Shown here: positions 57,781 through 64,000 of the stretch, piece after piece | Layout of the letters: each line of letters starts with the position of its first letter | Numbering within the stretch: the first letter of the stretch is position 1 | Source: Candidatus Hydrogenedentota bacterium | GTDB lineage: Bacteria; Hydrogenedentota; Hydrogenedentia; Hydrogenedentales; SLHB01 | Assembly: GCA_045863295.1 (NCBI GenBank) | Contig: BTWA01000004.1 | Coordinates: 192,001 to 256,000, forward strand | Length of the DNA: 64,000 nucleotides | Reading direction: 5' to 3' | The notes under the pieces: generated by a model | What the model was told of the DNA's origin: nothing | The model's input: the letters and a program-made list of their open reading frames with translations, nothing else | The model's database searches: none | Translations under genes and position numbers: made by a program

Positions 57781-58782
57781 CTACCTCTTGGGCTGCTGGT
57801 CATCGAGTTTCGCGATGGATTCGCGCATTCCGGTGTCGGCCATCACGTTCTTCATGCGGTAATAGTCCATGATTCCCATATTACCGCTTCGGAACGCATC
57901 GGCCATGGCGCGGGGCACTTCCGCTTCCGCCTCGACCACGCGGGCCTGCATCTCGACGACTTGAGCGCGCATTTCTTGTTCGCGCGCGACGGCCATGGCA
58001 CGGCGCTCTTCCGCGCGGGCTTGTGCGATTTGCTTGTCGGCTTCGGCCTGTTTGGTTTGAAGTTGCGCGCCGATGTTATCGCCGACATTAATGTCGGCGA
58101 TGTCAATAGAGAGGATTTCAAATGCGGTGCCCGCGTCCAGTCCGCGTTGCAGCACGGTTTTGGAAATTTTGTTCGGGTTTTCGAGCACTTCCTTGTGCGA
58201 AGCCGAGGAGCCGATCGTGCTCACGATACCCTCGCCCACGCGGGCGATGATGGTTTCTTCCGTCGCGCCGCCGACGAGGGTGTTGATGTTGGTGCGCACG
58301 GTCACGCGGGCGCGCGCCTTGAGCTGGATACCGTCCATGGCGACAGCGGCGACGGTATTGCCAACGCCCGCGGTCGGGCTCGGACAATCGATGACCTTTG
58401 GGTTAACGGACGTTTGCACGGCATCCAGGATATCCCGGCCGGCGAGATCGATGGCGGTGGCGCGCTGAAAGGTGAGCGGAATGTTCGCTTTGCTCGCGGC
58501 GATGAGCGCCTGCACCACACGCACGGGATTGCCACCGGCCAGATAGTGCGCTTCGAGTTCGTCGGTGCTGATCATCAAGCCTGCTTTTGCGGCGTTAATC
58601 CGGCTTTGCACGATAACCGACGGGTTTACCTTGCGCAGGCGCATGGCCACCAGGCTCCATATTCCAACGTATGCGCCGGACAGCCATGCCTGGAGCCATA
58701 GGTTGAAGAAGTTGAAGATGATGATGAAGAAGACGATGATCGCGATGATCCCGACAATCGTTAGAATCAAGCCGATTTCCAT
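57781..58782 (-). CDS. floA: Flotillin-like protein FloA (YqfA family)
   Basis: [66 protein letters not shown]. Confidence 0.95.
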   Translation of the reverse strand: MEIGLILTIVGIIAIIVFFIIIFNFFNLWLQAWLSGAYVGIWSLVAMRLRKVNPSVIVQSRINAAKAGLMISTDELEAHYLAGGNPVRVVQALIAASKANIPLTFQRATAIDLAGRDILDAVQTSVNPKVIDCPSPTAGVGNTVAAVAMDGIQLKARARVTVRTNINTLVGGATEETIIARVGEGIVSTIGSSASHKEVLENPNKISKTVLQRGLDAGTAFEILSIDIADINVGDNIGAQLQTKQAEADKQIAQARAEERRAMAVAREQEMRAQVVEMQARVVEAEAEVPRAMADAFRSGNMGIMDYYRMKNVMADTGMRESIAKLDDQQPKR

Positions 58783-58875
58783 GCGTCAATTCCCTTCCGG
58801 ATATTCCGATTTTTGATTTTTGCCCGTTTCCGCGCAACGATCCGCGGGCGCGCGTAGCAAGATAGAACTGTGTTG

Positions 58876-59367
58876 CTACGCCCGCATGGCGGCGTCTTCG
58901 TGCGCTCGTTCAACCACCACGCGGTTGCCGTGCACTTCCACGACTCGCACCATGGTGCCTTCCTCAATATAGTCGCCATTCGTCACCGCGCCCACGCGTT
59001 CGTCTCGCAACACGATAGTTCCAGACGGGCGTAGCGGGGTGTATGCTTTTCCGAGCGCACCCAGCCATTCCTGGCGCGATTCGTCGGAGACGTAGCCTTC
59101 CTCGTTGTTCTGCGTGGCGGAAAGCACCATATGACTTGCGAAGCGCGTTCGCGGCAGCATATAGATTCCCGCACACACGCTGACGGCTGCGCCGAAGATT
59201 TCGCCGACAACGATAAGGTACCAGAGATCGGGATACGAATACACGCCCACGCCGCCGCTGACGATGAGCATCAGGATGCCCAAGCCGCCGCATATTCCGC
59301 CTGGCATGATGAATTCCAGCAGCAGCAATGAGATTCCGAGCACGAAAAAGACCAAGGTCCAGAGCAT
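58876..59367 (-). CDS. Short NfeD-family protein (TM + OB fold)
   Basis: LEFIMPGG, TPLRPSG, YIEEGTMVRVVEVHGNRVVV. Confidence 0.9.
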   Translation of the reverse strand: MLWTLVFFVLGISLLLLEFIMPGGICGGLGILMLIVSGGVGVYSYPDLWYLIVVGEIFGAAVSVCAGIYMLPRTRFASHMVLSATQNNEEGYVSDESRQEWLGALGKAYTPLRPSGTIVLRDERVGAVTNGDYIEEGTMVRVVEVHGNRVVVERAHEDAAMRA

Positions 59368-59675
59368 TATGCGTTTGCCTCTTTTGTATCCGCCAATGCG
59401 CCGAGCAATGCGATGAGCTGGCCACTTTCCACGCGAATTCCTTGAAGCACGTTGCCTTTGTAATTCGGGTCTTTGGGATCCGATTCTTCCGCGGTATCGA
59501 ACGTAGCGATAAGCGGATTTCGATCCGAAAAGAGTTTTTGAGCCTCTGTGAGCAACTTGTTATAGCGTTTTGCGAAAGGCACGACGCTGTAGTAGCCAGC
59601 ACCCTGTTGTTGAATGGCGCGCATGTCTTCCAGAAGTTGGGTCAACATTCGGATGATTGCCAGTCGCATGTCCAT
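59367..59675 (-). CDS. Hypothetical 102-aa helical protein
   Basis: 1 nt from the long nfeD stop and TAATG-coupled to the short nfeD; soluble, helical-looking. Confidence 0.75.
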   Translation of the reverse strand: MDMRLAIIRMLTQLLEDMRAIQQQGAGYYSVVPFAKRYNKLLTEAQKLFSDRNPLIATFDTAEESDPKDPNYKGNVLQGIRVESGQLIALLGALADTKEANA

Positions 59676-59676
59676 G

Positions 59677-61374
59677 TTATGCCGTTTGCTCCTTGATCCG
59701 GTCGACTACATAGCGGTTGCCGTCCACTTGGACGACGATGATGGGCGTGCCCTCCTCCAGAAATTCTGCGCGGGTAACCACCTGGATGGTTTTGCCGTCG
59801 AAGCGGCCTCTTCCCGCGGGGCGCAATGGGGATGTGGCAATGCCCTTCTTGCCCAGGTATTCATCGGTTTCCGCCGCGCCTTGTACGGTATAGCCCTCTG
59901 AGATGTTCTGTGCGCCGAGCAACACCAATTGCCTGTACATGGGGGTGTGCGGAAACAGTTTCCACGTGGCATAGACGAATACGGCAAAGAGCACGGTGGT
60001 CACCGTGACCGTGTATCCGGCCTCGCGAAGGCGTTCAAACTCCCATTCATACTGTGGAATGGTGAAGTCGCTGAACGTGAGCGAGAGATACACGCCGGCC
60101 AGTATGCAGACGACGCCCGAGATTCCCACGAACCCAAATCCTGGCAGAACGAAAACTTCGATGGCGATGAGTCCGAGACCCACTGCAAGGAGGAGCAGAT
60201 CGATCCATTCGGACATGCCAATGACCGTGCGCGAACCGAAGAACAATCCCAGGCACACGAGGCCCACGATTCCGGCGAGGCCAAAGCCGGGTGTGCGGAT
60301 TTCCACGTATAATCCGCCGATGCCGAGCATCAGCAGCAACCCTGATATGATGGGACTGGTAAGAAAACGGAACAGCTCTTCCGACCATGTCATTACGATT
60401 TCGCGTTTTTCAGCGCCCACCATATTGAAGTAACCGAGGATCTGATCGATATTCGATGCGGTAGTTGGAATGACTCCATACGCCATTGCCTCATTTGGCG
60501 TCAGGGTGAGTAGTTTACCTCTACCGAGAATGATCCGGCCGCCGAGATCATCAATAACCGGGGCATCTGCGATTGGATCATCGGGGTTTTGCTCGATTTC
60601 TTCCTGCTGTTTGGCCTTGGTGGCTTCCTCTTGGATGGTGCGTGCGGCATCTTTTAGGATTTCTTTTACGGGTTCCATGTCCACCGGTAGATTTTCGAAC
60701 ACGACATCGATGGCGTCGTCCGCCTCGGATGCGGGAGCCGAGCCATCGCGGTCGTCGGCCGAGCGACCGGCATTGGTGGCTACCACGCGATAGCGGCCGG
60801 CCCCTTCGGGATAGGCGACCAATTCGATGTCTTTGTCGACCATTGCCATGGCAATCGCGGGGTTATGGCCTTTCGTTTCCGCGAGCGAGGCCATCTTTGC
60901 TCGCACGAAGGAGACTTCCTTTTCGCCGAGCGGCATCATACCTTCGGCGGACGGCATGACGGGTGCCGCGGCGCCCATGTTTGACGCGGGCGCCATGATT
61001 ATTTCGTCGCAGGCGTAACTGATGAGGGCGCCGGCTGAAATGGCGCCCATGCCTTCGATGTAGGCGATTGTGCGAGTGGGTGCTTTCAACATGGCGGAGG
61101 ATATGTTGATTGCGGAATCCACCCTGCCGCCTGGCGTATCGATGATGAAGATGAGTGCCTCCGCGCCAACGGCCTCCCGGCACGCGCGCTCGACCAAGAC
61201 CGCGATGCCATCGTCAATCATGCCGGAGATTTTGCAGATGAGGACAAATTTTTCGCCGGCGAGTTCTGACGAGGCCGCCGGTTCGACGGAAAGCGCGCCG
61301 TTGCCGCCTTCCTGGGAGAAGATAGGAAGCGAACATGCCGCGAGAATCAACGCGAACGATACAACACGTCTCAT
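59677..61374 (-). CDS. nfeD: Long NfeD (ClpP-class serine protease + TM + OB fold)
   Basis: Signal peptide; IDTPGG, AISAGA, MGAAAP, GKLLTLT, EIRTPGFG, LRPAG. Confidence 0.92.
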   Translation of the reverse strand: MRRVVSFALILAACSLPIFSQEGGNGALSVEPAASSELAGEKFVLICKISGMIDDGIAVLVERACREAVGAEALIFIIDTPGGRVDSAINISSAMLKAPTRTIAYIEGMGAISAGALISYACDEIIMAPASNMGAAAPVMPSAEGMMPLGEKEVSFVRAKMASLAETKGHNPAIAMAMVDKDIELVAYPEGAGRYRVVATNAGRSADDRDGSAPASEADDAIDVVFENLPVDMEPVKEILKDAARTIQEEATKAKQQEEIEQNPDDPIADAPVIDDLGGRIILGRGKLLTLTPNEAMAYGVIPTTASNIDQILGYFNMVGAEKREIVMTWSEELFRFLTSPIISGLLLMLGIGGLYVEIRTPGFGLAGIVGLVCLGLFFGSRTVIGMSEWIDLLLLAVGLGLIAIEVFVLPGFGFVGISGVVCILAGVYLSLTFSDFTIPQYEWEFERLREAGYTVTVTTVLFAVFVYATWKLFPHTPMYRQLVLLGAQNISEGYTVQGAAETDEYLGKKGIATSPLRPAGRGRFDGKTIQVVTRAEFLEEGTPIIVVQVDGNRYVVDRIKEQTA

Positions 61375-61450
61375 GGCTTGCCACCTATGGTTCAATGCGC
61401 CCTTGGATCGGCCACCAAGCCCGGTTCCGCCAACCGTATTGTCACCATGT

Positions 61451-61479
61451 ATTCTACTATTGCCATGGTACTCCGTCAA
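61451..61479 (-). promoter_or_regulatory. sigma70 promoter of the nfeD-floA operon
   Basis: TTGACG-17 nt-TAGAAT. Confidence 0.7.
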
Positions 61480-61583
61480 CGGAATCCGCCAATTCGAATT
61501 GCCGGCCTGTCCGGTTAGATGAACCAAACATCCCGGTATTTCATTCCAGTATGCATACGGATCCGGGAAATCAGGGGGTGGGA

Positions 61584-62666
61584 TCAACTGACGAGTGCGA
61601 GCCCAATTTCGTTGTTCAGATCGAACCCTTTATTCGTGGGAAATATCGCGGAATCGTTTTGTTGGAGCAAACCTTCGCCCATCAATCGTTCAATCGGATC
61701 ACCATAGTGATCGGCAACCGGCGCGCCAAACCTATCCTGGTAATATTGTTTTGGCAGTCCGGCGGCCAGCCGGAAATGTTGAATCAAGGTCTCCAACCGT
61801 ATTTCGTCTTCCGTGAGGCAATGGACTTCGCATTTTCCACCCGGGTCGTTCAGATAGTCCTCGACTTTCGCATGGTTGCGCGCACGACGACCGCCCAGAA
61901 AGCTTACGGCTCCTGGTCCCAAGGCGGCATACTCCTCGTTGTGCCAGTATCTCAGATTGTGTCTGCATTCGAATCCTGGGGCCGCATAGTTTGAGACTTC
62001 GTATTGCCGCACTCCTTGCAGGGATTCGGGGATCGCGTGATACAGGTCCAAATAGGATTCGTCGTCGATGGCCTCGTTCTTTCGCTTGCCGAAGGGCGTG
62101 CCGGCTTCGTAGGTCAATCCATATGCCGATACATGCGTGGAGCCCATTGATGCACATATGCGAAGCGTATCGCGCCAGGCCTCAGCGGGCGGGGCGCCAA
62201 ACATCAGGTCGATGTTCCAATTGTCAAAGGCATTCGCGACGATTGCGCACGCTTCGATGGCCTTGGGTGCATCGTGCCGTCTGCCAAGGTATTGCAGCAC
62301 TCGATCATCGAAACTTTGGACCCCGAGACTAACGCGTGTTACGCCCAGCGAACGCCATGCATGGACGAGATCCACGGTGACGTCGTCGGGATTGGCTTCC
62401 AGCGAGATCTCGGCGTCGGAGGTCAAGTCGAAAGTGGACCGAATTGCGGATAGCACGCGATCGAGGGAGGCTGCTTCCAATAACGAAGGAGTGCCGCCTC
62501 CCAGAAAGATACTGTCTGCTTCAGCATCGCCTTCGTGAGCACGAATTTCCTTCTCCAAGGCTGAGAGGAATGCGTCCGGCACTGAGCCGTTAGTCTGCCG
62601 CTTCACGAAGTCACAGTAGGGGCACACGGTCCGGCAGTATGGGATGTGGATATAGACGCCGATCAC
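61584..62666 (-). CDS. hemW: Radical SAM heme chaperone HemW (HemN-like)
   Basis: YIHIPYCRTVCPYCDF, GGGTPS, EANP, SLGVQSF, YEVSNYA, HNLRYW; GTGA overlap with the upstream gene. Confidence 0.92.
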   Translation of the reverse strand: MIGVYIHIPYCRTVCPYCDFVKRQTNGSVPDAFLSALEKEIRAHEGDAEADSIFLGGGTPSLLEAASLDRVLSAIRSTFDLTSDAEISLEANPDDVTVDLVHAWRSLGVTRVSLGVQSFDDRVLQYLGRRHDAPKAIEACAIVANAFDNWNIDLMFGAPPAEAWRDTLRICASMGSTHVSAYGLTYEAGTPFGKRKNEAIDDESYLDLYHAIPESLQGVRQYEVSNYAAPGFECRHNLRYWHNEEYAALGPGAVSFLGGRRARNHAKVEDYLNDPGGKCEVHCLTEDEIRLETLIQHFRLAAGLPKQYYQDRFGAPVADHYGDPIERLMGEGLLQQNDSAIFPTNKGFDLNNEIGLALVS

Positions 62667-64000
62667 GGCGCGATCCGCCGCCGATTCCCGATGGGCCACC
62701 AAACGTAGCGCGCTACGCCTATGACATGGTCGCACGGCACGCAGCCCAGGTCGCGGCTGTCCATGCCCTTCTCCGAATCGGCGAGCACGAATACTGAGCG
62801 GTCCGGAACGGTAGTAGGAGTGTCGCCCGTGTCGACTGGAACTCCGCTGGGCCGTGGGGCGAACGCATGGCCTCGCAGGGGTCCGTCGACCGGTGCGCCA
62901 TTGATCATGGGTGTCCCGCCGTCGAATGTAACCTGATCGCCTGGAAGCCCGGCAACCCAGCCCATGAGCGCCAGTGGTTCTTCCGTGTTCGCTGTTTCAA
63001 AAAGATATAGTACGGCGTCACCGCGATTTGGGGAACGGGCGAGTATGCGGGAAGACGCAAGTGGAATAGCTACGCCAAGGGCAAGTCGATCAATGTACAG
63101 TCGTTCAAAAGGCTTGACACCGTGAATCATGGGTTCGGGGCCGACTCGCCAGAATCGCCCAATGAACATACGCCACCCCAACGCAAGCGCAAGTGCGAGT
63201 GCCGCACCGCGCCAAACCCACGAGTGCGTGAATCCCGTGAAGTCGCGCATGCGTGAGGGGGGCCACCAGATGCAGGTCGCGCGGCCCAGAATGTGTTCTT
63301 CCGGCACCCACCCCCAGAACCGGCCATCGCGGCTGTTCCCGCTGTTGTCGCCCAAAACGAGGTAATGACCCTCGGGGACACGCGCATAGCGGTCATCTTC
63401 CCGAATGCCGTAGTAGGCGGGCTCGCTGAATGACGACGGCCGCGTGTAATAGACCTCGGAAAGGTCGTCCGGCATGGTCAACGGTTTACCGTCGATGTAC
63501 ACGCAACCTTCCCGGATATTCACGTGTTCGCCTGGGAGGCCAATGACCCGTTTGATGAGGGTCATATTCCGGGGGTCTTCCTCGGGGGATTTGAAGACGA
63601 CAACGTCGAACCGCTGCGGCTTCGCACCGTTCCAGATACGGCTGTCGGCATAGTCAATGATGTAGCCAAGCATGGGCACACGGGATCGGTTGAACGGCCA
63701 TCGCCAGCCGTAGACGAACTTGTTCACGAACACGCGGTCGCCGCGAAAGGGGCGTTCGTCGCCGTGCAAAGTTGGCTCCATGGAACCGGATGGAATCTTG
63801 TAGGGCTCGCCTACGCCCCAGCGAAAAGGCAGGGCCACGGCCAGGGCGATAATCATTGCGCGCATTCCGCCGGACGACAGAATCATCCAGAATACAAAAT
63901 ACACCGCGGCCACAATGACAATTTGCGGCATCGCGGCGGGTCCGCGCAGCAGATAGAGCCCCGCTGACACCATGACCGCGAGTACACCCGCGCCATACAC
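62663..64000 (-). CDS. lepB: Signal peptidase I with a second degenerate S26 domain (5' end outside window)
   Basis: IPSGSMEPTL, GDRVFVNK, IKRVIGLPG, LGDNSGNSRDGR; after a TM, a second copy: RGDAV, MGWVAGLPGD, VLADSEKGMDSR. Confidence 0.88.
   Translation of the reverse strand: MYGAGVLAVMVSAGLYLLRGPAAMPQIVIVAAVYFVFWMILSSGGMRAMIIALAVALPFRWGVGEPYKIPSGSMEPTLHGDERPFRGDRVFVNKFVYGWRWPFNRSRVPMLGYIIDYADSRIWNGAKPQRFDVVVFKSPEEDPRNMTLIKRVIGLPGEHVNIREGCVYIDGKPLTMPDDLSEVYYTRPSSFSEPAYYGIREDDRYARVPEGHYLVLGDNSGNSRDGRFWGWVPEEHILGRATCIWWPPSRMRDFTGFTHSWVWRGAALALALALGWRMFIGRFWRVGPEPMIHGVKPFERLYIDRLALGVAIPLASSRILARSPNRGDAVLYLFETANTEEPLALMGWVAGLPGDQVTFDGGTPMINGAPVDGPLRGHAFAPRPSGVPVDTGDTPTTVPDRSVFVLADSEKGMDSRDLGCVPCDHVIGVARYVWWPIGNRRRIAP

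Noticed and set aside
1..64000. tRNA, rRNA, CRISPR array, integrase or transposase
   Set aside because: None recognised by eye; small structured RNAs could have been missed without covariance-model scans.

Overview
High-GC chromosomal segment of a flagellated, probably diderm bacterium. It is mostly core or near-core genes. From left to right: the 5' part of flgF/flgG behind sigma54 promoters; a DHA2 MFS transporter; a GT2+DUF2304 pair; an Fe-S region (sufBCDSU, nadA, M16 peptidase, DUF1858-like fusion, iscA/sufA, YgfZ-TPR fusion); a HAD hydrolase; a 35-aa small gene; an ArnC-like/LAB_N/ArnT-like glycosylation trio; pntA1-A2-B; rpmH-rnpA-yidD-yidC-jag-mnmE with no adjacent dnaA; a compositionally atypical RND/MFP/TolC cassette followed by a probable RHS remnant; a variant GH9-like protein; DinB; two divergent circularly permuted ATP-grasp/alpha-E modules plus a transglutaminase-like protein, each arm behind its own sigma54 motif; TPM and small Cys proteins; glutaminyl cyclase; a hybrid histidine kinase; a Tat-type oxidoreductase; aguA-aguB; yceI; DinB; an nfeD-orf-nfeD-floA-orf operon; hemW; and a double-domain signal peptidase I. 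No tRNA, rRNA, CRISPR array or intact mobile element was seen. Best novelty candidates: the back-to-back sigma54 ATP-grasp system with one apparently catalytically dead copy, the YgfZ-TPR/IscA/DUF1858 Fe-S accessory module, and two small genes with their own promoters. All calls come from reading motifs by eye; no database searches were run.
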